Of a DNA stretch of 64,000 nucleotides, positions 1-9,971 are shown in pieces. Numbering within the stretch: the stretch's first letter is position 1; each line of letters begins with the position of its first letter. A model generated the notes under the pieces. It worked only from the letters and a program-made list of their open reading frames with translations, made no database searches and was not told the origin of the DNA. This DNA is from Vulcanimicrobiota bacterium (lineage in GTDB: Bacteria > Vulcanimicrobiota > Vulcanimicrobiia > Vulcanimicrobiales > Vulcanimicrobiaceae): NCBI GenBank assembly GCA_963714015.1, contig OY970223.1:1952001-2016000 (forward strand), written 5' to 3'. Both the position numbers and the translations under genes were made by a program.

Positions 1-717
1 ACCTTCTCCGAAGCTGCGCCGCCGCCGTCGATTGACTTCGAAGCGCTTCGCGCCGAAGCGGAGCAACTGGTCGAAGACGCTTCGCGTGACGCGCAAGCGC
101 TCGTTCGGGACGCCCAAGCCCGCGCAGTGGCGCTGCTGGAAGACGCCGAGCGGCGCGTCGCGCAAATTGAAGGTGAAGCGAAAAACCGTGGCCTCGAACA
201 GGGCGTCGCCGATGGACGCGCCGCGGCGCAGGCCGAGATGGACGAGATGCTCGAGACGATGCGCGGTTTGGTGCAGATGGCGCTGGCGGAACGTCACAAG
301 ATCATCGAGACTGCCGAACCCGAGATCGTCCGGCTCTCGGTCGCAGTCGCGGAGCGGATTCTCAATCAGCACATAGCCTTGGATCCGCACACGGTTCTGG
401 AGATGGTCAAGTCCGCCGTCATGCGGCTGGTCAACCGTGAGAAGGTGACCGTTCGCGTTAATCCGTCGGACATCGAAATCATGCGCAGTCAGCGCGAGCA
501 GCTGATGGCGATGAACGACATCGACAACATGCGGATCATCGAGGATCAGCGCGTCGATCGCGGAGGCATCGTCATCGATACCGACGCAGGAACGATCGAC
601 AGCAAGATTTCTACGCAATTGCGGGAGGTTCGCCGGCTCCTGGCGGTGGACGATTCGCTGACAGTGCCGGCCTCCGCCGGCCCGGCGCTCGTGAATCCGC
701 CCGCCCAGGCCAGTTGA
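1..717 (+). CDS. fliH: Flagellar assembly protein FliH (5' truncated by window edge)
   Basis: Frame is open from base 1. GxxxG repeats (GLEQGVADG) and a FliH C-terminal region (VRVNPSD...RGGIVIDTDAGTID); directly precedes fliI. Confidence 0.9.
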   Translation, partial: TFSEAAPPPSIDFEALRAEAEQLVEDASRDAQALVRDAQARAVALLEDAERRVAQIEGEAKNRGLEQGVADGRAAAQAEMDEMLETMRGLVQMALAERHKIIETAEPEIVRLSVAVAERILNQHIALDPHTVLEMVKSAVMRLVNREKVTVRVNPSDIEIMRSQREQLMAMNDIDNMRIIEDQRVDRGGIVIDTDAGTIDSKISTQLREVRRLLAVDDSLTVPASAGPALVNPPAQAS

Positions 718-722
718 GTTCC

Positions 723-2046
723 ATGTCCACGAAGTCTTCCGGTCTTCTGCGCGGACCGCTATATCGGCGCGCTCGACTCAGCCGATCTGATGCGCCAAAA
801 CGGCAAGGTGCGCCAGGTGATCGGCGTGGTGATCGAGTCGATCGGTCCGAACATGGCGGTCGGCGAAACCTGCCACATTCAGTACAAGCGCACTGCCGAA
901 CCGGTGCTTGCCGAAGTCGTCGGATTTCGGGATAACAAAGTGCTCATTATGCCGCTCGGCGACTTGATGGGCATCGGCGCGGGCAGCGAAGTCGTGAGCC
1001 TTGGCAAGCCCCTCGAAATCGGCGTAACGGATCAATTGCTGGGACGCGTTCTCGACGGGCTCGGCCGTCCCATCGACGGAAAAGGCCGCATCTTTGCCGA
1101 GAAGCGCGCTCCCATTACCGCCGCGCCGCCCGACGCGCTCACGCGCAAACGCATCTCCCAGCCGCTCTCGATCGGCATTCGCGCGATCGACGGAATGCTC
1201 ACGTGCGGCAAAGGCCAGCGCGCCGGCATCTTTGCAGGCAGCGGCGTCGGAAAATCGACGATTCTCGGTATGATCGCGCGCAACACGGCCGCCGACGTGA
1301 ACGTCATCGCGCTAATCGGCGAGCGCGGCAAGGAAGTTCGCGACTTCATCGAGCGCGACTTGGGCGAGGAAGGGCTGCGGCGCAGCGTCGTCGTGGTTTC
1401 GACGAGCGATCAGCCGGCGCTCGTGCGCATCAAAGCCGCCTTCGTCGCGACGACCATTGCGGAGTACTTTCGCGATCAAGGGCTCGACGTGATGCTGATG
1501 ATGGACAGCGTGACGCGGTTTGCCATGGCTCAGCGCGAGGTAGGTTTGGCGATCGGCGAACCAACGACGACCCGCGGCTATACGCCTTCGGTTTTCGCGC
1601 TGCTGCCCAAATTGCTGGAGCGCGCCGGAACCTCGCATACGGGGACGATCACGGGCCTTTATTCGGTGCTCGTCGACGGCGACGACATGAACGAACCGGT
1701 CGCGGACGCCGTGCGCTCCATTCTGGACGGTCACATCGTTCTCTCCCGCAGACTTGCCGCGGCGAACCAGTATCCCGCGATCGACATCCTTTCCAGCGTC
1801 AGCCGCGTCATGCCCGACGTCGTCGACCAGAATCAGTCCTCTGCGGCATCCGCGGTGCGCGACGTTCTCGCAACGTACCGGGATGCCGAAGATCTCATCA
1901 ACATCGGCGCGTACGTCCCCGGAAGCAATCCGCGCGTCGATCTGGCCATCTCTAAAATAGAAGCGGTGCGTCACTTCCTCAAGCAAGGCATCTACGAGAC
2001 GTCCGACTTTGCGCTAACGCTGAATCAACTTGTGAGCGTGGCATGA
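723..2046 (+). CDS. fliI: Flagellar export ATPase FliI (probable +1 indel near 745-750; main ORF 790..2046)
   Basis: Walker A GSGVGKS, ALIGERGKEV, MDSVTRF, DGHIVLSR. The in-frame DRYIGALDSADL upstream of 790 has no start codon, so the true start is probably ATG 723 in another frame. Confidence 0.93.
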
Positions 2047-2080
2047 TCTTTTCGAGAGCCTGCCCGAGGACGCCGCGGAG

Positions 2081-2536
2081 ATGAGATCGTTTAAATTCAT
2101 GCTAAAGCCGGTGCTCGATCAACGGGAGCGCATCGAGGACGAAAAGCAGCAAGCTTTTGCGGCGCGGCAAACGGAGCTCAAGGCGGCTCAGGACGAGCTG
2201 GCGCGTTTGAACGGAGAGTTCAAACGCTATTCGGTCGCGCTGCGTGAGGGTCATGCGACACTCACGAGTGAGGAGCTGCGCCGGCATTACGCCCATCTTG
2301 AGTATCTGGACCGTTGCATGGTGATGCAGCATGCCGCCATTTCGCAGCACAAAATCGCCGTCGAGAAGGCTCGCAAGGATCTCGTAGGGGCAAGCAAAGA
2401 CCGCAAAGTCATCGAGAAACTCAGAGAAAAACGGTTCGAAGAACATCAAGCCATGGAGGCTGCGTTCGAACAAAAGGAGTTGGACGACAGTAACGCCCGA
2501 CGTCGCGAAAAGACCGGGCAAGGGAGTCTGCTATGA
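2081..2536 (+). CDS. fliJ: Flagellar export protein FliJ
   Basis: MRSFKFMLKPVL...EQKELDD coiled-coil, 151 aa, follows fliI. Confidence 0.9.
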   Translation: MRSFKFMLKPVLDQRERIEDEKQQAFAARQTELKAAQDELARLNGEFKRYSVALREGHATLTSEELRRHYAHLEYLDRCMVMQHAAISQHKIAVEKARKDLVGASKDRKVIEKLREKRFEEHQAMEAAFEQKELDDSNARRREKTGQGSLL

Positions 2537-3147
2537 TCGTTACCCGCCGCCGCCGTAAACCGTTTCGCTGGAAGCGCGTCGCCGTCCCCGCCGTCGTTGC
2601 GGTGCTGATTGCCGCTGTTTTCGTGTGGACGCCATCCCGCAATTGGGTGGCAAACCAGCCTGCCCTGCGCCCAGTCGAGCGGCCGTTCAACGTTGCCGGA
2701 CAATTGCAAACGATCTCCTCACAGAACGCGCAAATCGCAGCGCTTCAGAAGCAGCTGTCGGATGCGCGTGGAGCGATTGCGGATCGCGACAAGCAGATCG
2801 GTGACCTGCAAACGCAGCTGAACAGCGCTCAAGAAGAAGCCGCAACGGCGAAGGCTGCGAAGGTTGGACGCAGCGCGCCGGCACCGGCGGCGCAGAGTGC
2901 CGGCGAGACGATGGTCGGTCAGTCCGATCTCGCTTCGCAAGCGACTCCCGACCTGCGCCGCACCGCCTCAGTCTGGGCCGCCATGGATCCGGACGCCGCC
3001 GCCAAGGTCGTTCAGCGTTTGCCGGACGACTACGTCGCGCGCATTTTCGCAATAATGCCGCCGGACGCAGTCGGTGCGATTTTGGAGACTTTGCCGGCCC
3101 CCTACGCGGCACGGCTAACCGAGGACCATCCCGAACTCAGTCACTGA
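2533..3147 (+). CDS. YlxF/MotE-like flagellar protein (TM, coiled-coil, MgtE-N-like domain)
   Basis: N-terminal TM and repeats AMDPDAAAKVV / MPPDAVGAILE; same position as Bacillus ylxF after fliJ. Confidence 0.7.
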   Translation: MIVTRRRRKPFRWKRVAVPAVVAVLIAAVFVWTPSRNWVANQPALRPVERPFNVAGQLQTISSQNAQIAALQKQLSDARGAIADRDKQIGDLQTQLNSAQEEAATAKAAKVGRSAPAPAAQSAGETMVGQSDLASQATPDLRRTASVWAAMDPDAAAKVVQRLPDDYVARIFAIMPPDAVGAILETLPAPYAARLTEDHPELSH

Positions 3148-3184
3148 CGGAAGGTAAGCGGCAGGTGCCGCTAAACTGACGGGT

Positions 3185-3766
3185 ATGGGCCCGGATCTGA
3201 TCAGCGCATGGGCCTCGCTGGGTACCGCCTTCGTGATCGGAGCAAGCGCTATCGCAGCGCTCATACAGCTTCGTCACATGCGTGCGGGCAACCAGCTCGA
3301 GGCGCTCCTTTCACTGGAACGCGACTTCCGTGCGCCGGACGTTCAAGCTGCGCTGCGGTACATTCAGGCGGAGCTCCCGGAACGGATGCAGGAGCCGCGT
3401 TACCGCTCCGAGCTCGAGACGATCGGCTACGTCGATCCGGACGTGCATTCCGAACTCATCGTCTGCAACTGGTTCAACGAAATCGGCACGCTCGTCAAGC
3501 ACCGGCTGGTTTCGGAAGACGCTTTCATGGACTTGTTCGCGCGGTTGATAGTCTATTGCTGGCGCCTAGTCGGTCCGGCGGTTGCGGTCATGCGACGCAC
3601 GCGCGGCGACTTCCAGTACCACGATTTTGAATATCTGGCTCTGCGGGCGCAGACGTGGCTCGAGCGCCATCCTCGCGGAATTTTCCCTTTGGCATCGGCT
3701 CGCAAGCCGCTCTCCGACCCCTGGAAAGAATTGGATAAACGCCGTGTCGACGAGGTAACTGCATAA
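3185..3766 (+). CDS. Membrane-anchored hypothetical protein (DUF4760-like)
   Basis: N-terminal TM followed by a CNWFNEIGTLVKHRLV...FEYLA pattern. Confidence 0.6.
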   Translation: MGPDLISAWASLGTAFVIGASAIAALIQLRHMRAGNQLEALLSLERDFRAPDVQAALRYIQAELPERMQEPRYRSELETIGYVDPDVHSELIVCNWFNEIGTLVKHRLVSEDAFMDLFARLIVYCWRLVGPAVAVMRRTRGDFQYHDFEYLALRAQTWLERHPRGIFPLASARKPLSDPWKELDKRRVDEVTA

Positions 3767-4242
3767 TGTTTCGACTGCTCGCTGCGGCGCTCGCCGCATC
3801 CCTGATCCTTACGGCCTGCAAAGGCTCCTCGACGTCCGCGCCCCCAGCGTATTCGAACATCTCCGGCGATTACTCCGGAACGATGCAGGATGCGCAGCTC
3901 GGCAGCGGTACAGTCGTGGGCACGCTGGCGCAGCACGGTTCGTCCGCAGGCGGTCAAATGACCGAGACTACCGGCGGCGGCGCTCAGAATTTCCAGTTTT
4001 CGGTGACAATAGATACGTCGAATAACATCACCGGCGCCATGGTCATCGACGAATCGTCCGGAACGACGTGTACGTTCAGCACGACCGGAGTGTACGATCC
4101 CTCGAGTAATGCGATTTCAGGAACGTACACGGCCGTCACGAATTGTTCGGGTGATACCGGCACGTATACGCTCGCGCAACAATGCTTCGACACGGTCACC
4201 AGCCATGGTAAGCGCCGTATCCTCGGCGTGCGCAAGTGTTAG
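3766..4242 (+). CDS. Ser/Thr/Gly-rich lipoprotein
   Basis: Lipobox LTAC after a hydrophobic signal; beta-rich mature part with paired Cys. Confidence 0.7.
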   Translation: MFRLLAAALAASLILTACKGSSTSAPPAYSNISGDYSGTMQDAQLGSGTVVGTLAQHGSSAGGQMTETTGGGAQNFQFSVTIDTSNNITGAMVIDESSGTTCTFSTTGVYDPSSNAISGTYTAVTNCSGDTGTYTLAQQCFDTVTSHGKRRILGVRKC

Positions 4243-4270
4243 CGGCTGCGGCGGCGCGGGGCTAGCAATC

Positions 4271-7003
4271 TCAGGATGACAAGCGCAGTGCGTCGGATTC
4301 GGAGAGACGCCGGCCTTCGTCCCTGAGACGCGCGAACGCGCCGGCGGGGACGCAGCTTTCGAGATGCTGCGCGATGTGTTGAAACGCGATGTCGTCCGCC
4401 GCGGTGCGTGCCCAGTTCATCGCTCGCGTGCGGGCGTCGGCGTAGCCGAATAACCGCACTGCTTCTTCGGGATTCTTTTTTGCGTGCTCGGGCGAGCAAA
4501 ACGCCATGGCGAGCGCTGCGATGAGCTCGTGGCCCGCGTCGCGTGCCAAACGAAGCGCCTCGCGGGCATAAGGTATCGCGCCTTCGACGTCGCCAATCGT
4601 GAACGAGTAGAGAGCAAGATTGCTGCACAGGTACATGCGCGTGTCCGAATCGGCGCAGCTGAGCGCTTCGACGGAAAGATCGATGGCGTTCCGGTAGAAG
4701 CCGGCGGAGGCTTCGGCTTCGGCCCACCATTGCCGAACGAGGCATGCTTCCTGCGGATCGCGCAGCGAGTCGAGTGCGGCGAGCGCTTCAAGGAATTGCG
4801 CGCGGGCATTCTCTATTTGATCCGGCGGCAGCGCGAAAGCGCAGCGCCGCAGAACGTGCGCCAACAGGTGTGAATCACCCGATTGCCGGGCTCGCTGCAG
4901 AGCTTCTTCCGCGTAGGGTTGAGCCTGCGCGTAGCCTTGTCGACCGGCGTAAAGCTGCGCGGCCTGAGAGAGCGCGCGAGTGAGCGCGCGATCGTCGCCG
5001 GCCTTCCGCGAGAGTTCTACGGCGCGCAGCGCGCAGGGAAGCGCCGATTCGTGTGCCTGCTGATTCGTATAGAGCATGGAAAGCCCGTACTCGAGACGCG
5101 CCGCCGTATCGGACGGCAGATCTTCAGTCCGTTCTCTTGCCGAGTTGCACCACGCAATGCCCTCGGAAAGAAGGGAAAGCCGAAGGAAGATCGGCGCCGT
5201 GTTTGCAGCAATCGCGGCACCGAGGCCCGGATCGCGCTTTTCGTCGAGCGACCAGCGCAGCGCCGCGCGGAAGTTGTCGAGATCCGGCATGAGCTCCGCG
5301 AGCCAATTTTCCGGCGGATCGGCATCGAACTGGGCATAAGCCGTTTGCGCGCGCCGGGCGTAGTACAGTGCGTGGCGCTGGTACAAGCTCGACGCCTCGC
5401 CGGCCTCGTGCAGACGGTTCTGCGCGTATTCGCGAATTGCCGTGAGGACGGTGTAACGCTCCTCGCCCGGCGGTTCGGTGTCTTGCAATTTTTGCTTGGC
5501 GTAATCCTGAATGCTTTCCAGCAGATGATATCGCTGCTGGGCTCGATCGACGTCTGCTACGATAAGGGACTTGTCGACGAGCGAGGATAGCAGATCCAGG
5601 ATCGTCCATTCGTCGAGCGACTCGTCGCTGCAGACGCCGCCGGCAGCTTCGAGCGAGAAGCTTCCGCTGAAGACGGCAATTCTCCGAAAGAGCGCCTTCT
5701 CGGAGGCATTGAGAAGTTCGTAACTCCAGTCGATCATCGCGCGAAGCGTCTGCTGTCGCGGAAGAGCGGTGCGCGTGCCGCCGGTAAGGATCCGGAAGCG
5801 CTCGCTGAGCCGGCGAAGCAGCTCTTCCAACGAGATGGCGCGCACTCGGGCGGCGGCAAGTTCGATTGCCAGCGGTATGCCGTCCAAATGTCCGCAAATC
5901 CGATCGATCGCCGGCTGGTTCTCAGCCGTTGCGGCAAAGCCGGGCAGAGCGCTCCGCGCGCGCTGAACGAAGAGCCGCACCGAATCTTGCCGGTCGAGCG
6001 GCGGCAAGCGATAAACGGACTCGCCGGGCAGGTGCAGCAGTTCGCGGCTCGTCGTAAGAATCGTGACGCGAGGGCATCGTTCTCGAATCGAAGCGACGAC
6101 TCGAGCGGCGGCCTCGATGACGTGCTCGCAGTTGTCCAGCACGATCAGCAGTTCGCGGTTGCGCAGGTAGGTGACGAGTGTCCCGACAGCATCGTCCCCT
6201 TCTGCCGGAGCTTCAAGTGCGGTTAGTATCGTCGCCGGAACCAGCTGCGCATCGGCGAGCGGAGCCAGATTCACGAACCACGCTCCGTCCGGCATTCGAT
6301 CGATCGCATCCGCCGCGCACTGAAGCGCGATGCGCGTCTTCCCCACGCCGCCGGTTCCGGCGATTGTCACCAGCGTGCTGTCTGCAAGCAATCTGCGCAC
6401 GTTGACGACGTCTTCCTCTCGTCCGATGAATGCAGTGGATTGGGTCGGCAGATTGTTCGGAATCGCGTCCAGGGTGCGCAGCGGTTTGAAATGCGTGGGA
6501 AGATCCGGCGCGACGAGCTGGTAAATCCGTTCGGGGCGTTCGAGGTCCTTGAGATGAAACGTCCCGAGCGCGCGCAGCGAGATTCCGGGCGGAAGCGAAT
6601 TCCCGGCGGCGTCGGCGAGGGTGCCGGATGCGACTACTTGGCCGCCGTGCGCCGTGCCGAGTATCCGCGCTACGCGATTGAGCGGGGGTCCGAAAAAGTC
6701 GCCCGCGCGTGCTTCCGCTTCGCCCGCGTGGAGCGCCATGCGCACGCGCAGTCCATCGACGGCAGACCAATCTTCCGCCAAAAGCGAACGCTGCGCCTCC
6801 AGCGCCGCTCGCAGAGCATCCTCCGGTGAATCGAACGTAACGCAAAACGCGTCGCCGACCGTTTTGAAAACGCGGCCGTTGTTGGCGTTCATCGCGGACC
6901 GGAGAAGCTCGTCATGCCGGTTCACCGCCTGCTGCATCATCGCAGGCTTGGCTTCCCAGCGGGCCGTGCTGCCTTCGATGTCGGAAAAAAGAAAGACCGG
7001 CAT
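4271..7003 (-). CDS. Class III adenylate/guanylate cyclase - STAND (NB-ARC-like) ATPase - TPR protein
   Basis: LFSDIEGST, FKTVGDAF, NRVAR; P-loop GTGGVGKT, LDNCEH, LDGIPLAIELAAAR; helical repeats at the C-terminus. Confidence 0.9.
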   Translation of the reverse strand: MPVFLFSDIEGSTARWEAKPAMMQQAVNRHDELLRSAMNANNGRVFKTVGDAFCVTFDSPEDALRAALEAQRSLLAEDWSAVDGLRVRMALHAGEAEARAGDFFGPPLNRVARILGTAHGGQVVASGTLADAAGNSLPPGISLRALGTFHLKDLERPERIYQLVAPDLPTHFKPLRTLDAIPNNLPTQSTAFIGREEDVVNVRRLLADSTLVTIAGTGGVGKTRIALQCAADAIDRMPDGAWFVNLAPLADAQLVPATILTALEAPAEGDDAVGTLVTYLRNRELLIVLDNCEHVIEAAARVVASIRERCPRVTILTTSRELLHLPGESVYRLPPLDRQDSVRLFVQRARSALPGFAATAENQPAIDRICGHLDGIPLAIELAAARVRAISLEELLRRLSERFRILTGGTRTALPRQQTLRAMIDWSYELLNASEKALFRRIAVFSGSFSLEAAGGVCSDESLDEWTILDLLSSLVDKSLIVADVDRAQQRYHLLESIQDYAKQKLQDTEPPGEERYTVLTAIREYAQNRLHEAGEASSLYQRHALYYARRAQTAYAQFDADPPENWLAELMPDLDNFRAALRWSLDEKRDPGLGAAIAANTAPIFLRLSLLSEGIAWCNSARERTEDLPSDTAARLEYGLSMLYTNQQAHESALPCALRAVELSRKAGDDRALTRALSQAAQLYAGRQGYAQAQPYAEEALQRARQSGDSHLLAHVLRRCAFALPPDQIENARAQFLEALAALDSLRDPQEACLVRQWWAEAEASAGFYRNAIDLSVEALSCADSDTRMYLCSNLALYSFTIGDVEGAIPYAREALRLARDAGHELIAALAMAFCSPEHAKKNPEEAVRLFGYADARTRAMNWARTAADDIAFQHIAQHLESCVPAGAFARLRDEGRRLSESDALRLSS

Positions 7004-7004
7004 A

Positions 7005-8351
7005 TTGCTGCGCGTTTACCGTACGAGGGAAGGGCGCCCAATCCCGCTCGCGCAATTACGGCGCATCATTTCCGCATCGAACAGCCGCACCATTGCCGCG
7101 GATACGCTCACGCCCATCTCGGCCTATCGCGCCCTCGCGACGACGGGAGCTTCATGCTTGCTCGAGAGCGTCGAAAGCGGCGGCCGCATTTCGCGTTACT
7201 CGTTTATCGGCATCGACTACTTGGACGCCAAATCGTTTGACGACGACGGCTCGCTGATCGAAAACGTGCGCGAGTTCGTGAAGGACACCGGACTCGACGC
7301 CCTGGTCGCGTTTTCGTATGACGCCGCCAGGACGGCTGCGCGATTGAAGGCGCGCGAGCCCTCGCAACCCTTCATGCCCGCGGCCTACGTCGCCATTCCG
7401 CGCACCTGGCTGATCTTCGACCACTTCACGGACCGGCTTTCGATTACGAGCGATTCGCCCGCACGGATCGACTCGTGCCTGGAGCAGCTGCTCGACTCGC
7501 ACGTCTGCCTTCCGCAGGAGGTTCGTGCGACCAGTGCGATGCAAGCCTCGCTGGATCGAACCGGCTATCTGCAGCGCGTTGCGCGCGTTAAGGAATTCAT
7601 CCGCGACGGCGAGGTCTACCAGTTGCAGCTGGGAATTCGCTTTAGTGCGGAGTTTTCAGGAAGCGCGCTGGACTTGTATCGCGCGATTCGCTCCCGCAAT
7701 CCGTCGCCATACATGTTTTTCGTCGATTCGCCGTTCGGACAATTGCTCGGTGCGTCACCGGAATTTCTCGTGCGCCTGGAGGGACGGCGCGCGCGGATCC
7801 GTCCGCTTGCCGGTACGCGTCCCCGCGGCGGCAACGAAGCCGAAGACGCCGAGATCGCGCAAGAGCTGTTGAGCAATCAAAAAGAACTCGCCGAGCACGT
7901 GATGCTCGTCGATCTCGGGCGTAACGATTTGGGCGCCGTCTGCGTTTTCGGAAGCGTGCGCGCTACGGAGCTCCTGCAGATCGAACGCTACAGCCATGTG
8001 ATGCACATCGTATCCGATTTGATCGGCGAACTGCGTCCGGAGTGCGATGCGCTCGATTTGTTCGCGTCGGGGTTCCCGGCGGGCACCGTAACGGGCGCGC
8101 CCAAGATTCGCGCCATGCAGCTGATCGACGAATTGGAGCCGGCAGCGCGCGGCTTCTACGCCGGCAGTGTCGGACGCTGGGCCGCCGGGGGCGATTTTGA
8201 CTCGTGCATCACGCTGCGCAGCGTGCACGTCGAGCGCAATACTGCCTACTGGCAGGCCTCGGCCGGAATCGTCGCCGACAGCGATCCGGACGCGGAATAC
8301 GACGAGGTGATGCAGAAGACGCGCATCGCCCGCACCGTTTTAGGATTATGA
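7005..8351 (+). CDS. trpE: Anthranilate synthase component I (start uncertain, about 7005-7070)
   Basis: DTLTPISAY, LLESVE...RYSF, NPSPYM, ASPE, IRPLAGTR, AEHVMLVDLGRND, PAGTVTGAPKIRAM. Confidence 0.85.
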   Translation: MLRVYRTREGRPIPLAQLRRIISASNSRTIAADTLTPISAYRALATTGASCLLESVESGGRISRYSFIGIDYLDAKSFDDDGSLIENVREFVKDTGLDALVAFSYDAARTAARLKAREPSQPFMPAAYVAIPRTWLIFDHFTDRLSITSDSPARIDSCLEQLLDSHVCLPQEVRATSAMQASLDRTGYLQRVARVKEFIRDGEVYQLQLGIRFSAEFSGSALDLYRAIRSRNPSPYMFFVDSPFGQLLGASPEFLVRLEGRRARIRPLAGTRPRGGNEAEDAEIAQELLSNQKELAEHVMLVDLGRNDLGAVCVFGSVRATELLQIERYSHVMHIVSDLIGELRPECDALDLFASGFPAGTVTGAPKIRAMQLIDELEPAARGFYAGSVGRWAAGGDFDSCITLRSVHVERNTAYWQASAGIVADSDPDAEYDEVMQKTRIARTVLGL

Positions 8352-8358
8352 TGACGCG

Positions 8359-8973
8359 GTGAAAACTCTGAAAGTCTTGTTCGTCGACAATTTTGACTCG
8401 TTCACGTACAACGTCGTGCATCTGCTCGCGACGCAAGGCGCCGAACCCGAGGTCGTACATAACGACGATCCGCGCCTAACCGCCGGAGTTCTCGATTCCT
8501 TCGACGCGATCGTGGTGGGGCCGGGCCCCGGGAATCCCGCGCAGACGCCTCAAGTCGTAGAACTGATCCGCGAAGCAGTCCGGCGCAAAATGCCGGTATT
8601 CGGCGTATGCCTCGGACTGCAGGCGATCGGCGAAGCTTTCGGCGCGTCCGTCGTTCATGCGCCCGTACCGATGCACGGCAAGGTCTCGACCATCGCTCAC
8701 GACGGAAGCGGACTGTTTGCCGGGATCGATCGGCCTTTGCGCGCGACCCGCTATCACTCCCTTTGCCTGGACGCGTCGACGATACCGGAGGACCTCGAGG
8801 TTACCGGGCGCAGTGAGGACGGCGTGGTTCAAGCCGTTAGTCACCGCTATCTGCCGGTCAGCGGCGTGCAGTTTCACCCCGAGTCGGTGTTGAGCGAACA
8901 CGGCGATCGGATCGTCCGGAACGCCCTCCGGCTTGACAGGGCTGACGGCTCGATGCTATTGTCCCAGCAATGA
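8359..8973 (+). CDS. trpG: Anthranilate synthase component II (glutamine amidotransferase)
   Basis: DNFDSFTYN, GPGPG, GVCLG, RYHSL, QFHPES. Confidence 0.88.
   Translation: MKTLKVLFVDNFDSFTYNVVHLLATQGAEPEVVHNDDPRLTAGVLDSFDAIVVGPGPGNPAQTPQVVELIREAVRRKMPVFGVCLGLQAIGEAFGASVVHAPVPMHGKVSTIAHDGSGLFAGIDRPLRATRYHSLCLDASTIPEDLEVTGRSEDGVVQAVSHRYLPVSGVQFHPESVLSEHGDRIVRNALRLDRADGSMLLSQQ
8933..8962 (+). promoter_or_regulatory. sigma70-type promoter inside the trpG 3' end, driving the leader peptide and aroF
   Basis: TTGACA (8933-8938), 18 nt spacer, extended -10 TGcTATTGT (8954-8962), then 7 nt to ATG 8970. Confidence 0.65.
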
Positions 8974-9038
8974 CTCTCTCGGCCGCGCGCTATTCCTATT
9001 GGTGGTATGTTACCGCACTTGCAGTGCCGGTGAGTTGA
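8970..9038 (+). CDS. Attenuator leader peptide MTLSAARYSYWWYVTALAVPVS
   Basis: 22-codon ORF with a Tyr-Ser-Tyr-Trp-Trp-Tyr cluster, upstream of a terminator hairpin and DAHP synthase; ATG overlaps the trpG stop. Confidence 0.75.
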   Translation: MTLSAARYSYWWYVTALAVPVS

Positions 9039-9073
9039 GCGCGCGTTTCCGAAGATAGTCTCTAAAGAACTTC

Positions 9074-9109
9074 AGAAGGCCGCCCTTACCGGGGCGGCCT
9101 TCTTGTTTT
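9074..9109 (+). terminator. Intrinsic terminator / attenuator hairpin
   Basis: AGAAGGCCGCCC-ttaccg-GGGCGGCCTTCT, a perfect 12-bp stem followed by TGTTTT. Confidence 0.8.
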
Positions 9110-9138
9110 GGTACCACAAGCCGGAAATGGATGAAGCG

Positions 9139-9963
9139 ATGTACACGCTTGCGAGCAAACAGAAACAGTCGAACACGGTCGTCATGGTTGAGGACGTGCC
9201 GTTCGGCGGCGGCGGCTTCACGATGATTGCCGGACCGTGTTCGGTAGAGCACCGCGCTCAAATCGAAAGCTCCGGGCATTTCGTCGCGGCTTGCGGCGCG
9301 CGCATGCTGCGCGGCGGTGCATATAAGCCGCGCACCTCGCCTTACGCGTTTCAAGGTTTGGGTGACGAAGGGGTCGAGCTCATCGCGCAAGCCGGCCGGC
9401 TCGCAAGCATCCCCACCGTCGTGGAGGCGCTGTGCGATGCGAATCTGCCTTTGCTCAGCGAGCGCGTCGCAATGATTCAAATCGGCGCGCGGAATATGCA
9501 AAACTTTTCGCTCCTCAAAGCCGCAGCGCGGACCGGAAAACCGATTCTGCTCAAGCGGGCAGCCTCCGCAACGCTGGACGAAGTACTCTATGCAGCCGAG
9601 TACGTTTTGGTCGAGGGGAATCCCAACGTGGTCCTGTGCGAACGTGGAATCCGCGGGTTCGATCCGCAGACGCGCAACGTGTTCGACCTCGGCGGTGCGC
9701 TGCGCTTAAAGGAACTGACCCATTTACCGGTTATTGCCGACCCCAGCCATGCTTGCGGCCGGTCGAGCCTGGTGGAGCCGGTCGTTCTGGCGGCTGCCGC
9801 GGCCGGCTTGGACGGCGCTATCGTCGAGGTACATCCCGAGCCTTCGCGAGCGCTGTCCGACAAGGAGCAGGCGCTCGATTTTCCGGCTTTCGAGCGCCTG
9901 ATGCGCCGCCTGGGCGCCCTGCTGGGATCCGAGGCTAACGTTCCGCTCGCAGCCTGCCGATGA
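9139..9963 (+). CDS. aroF: DAHP synthase type I-beta (3-deoxy-7-phosphoheptulonate synthase)
   Basis: IAGPCSVE, RGGAYKPRTSPYAFQG, QIGARNMQN, LLKR, CERGIR, DPSH, EVHP. Alternative ATG at 9127. Confidence 0.9.
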   Translation: MYTLASKQKQSNTVVMVEDVPFGGGGFTMIAGPCSVEHRAQIESSGHFVAACGARMLRGGAYKPRTSPYAFQGLGDEGVELIAQAGRLASIPTVVEALCDANLPLLSERVAMIQIGARNMQNFSLLKAAARTGKPILLKRAASATLDEVLYAAEYVLVEGNPNVVLCERGIRGFDPQTRNVFDLGGALRLKELTHLPVIADPSHACGRSSLVEPVVLAAAAAGLDGAIVEVHPEPSRALSDKEQALDFPAFERLMRRLGALLGSEANVPLAACR

Positions 9964-9971
9964 CCTGATTA

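Noticed and set aside
6621..7004. N-terminal extension of TrpE in the 576-aa ORF
   Set aside because: It is the antisense shadow of the cyclase domain; TrpE similarity begins near 7085.
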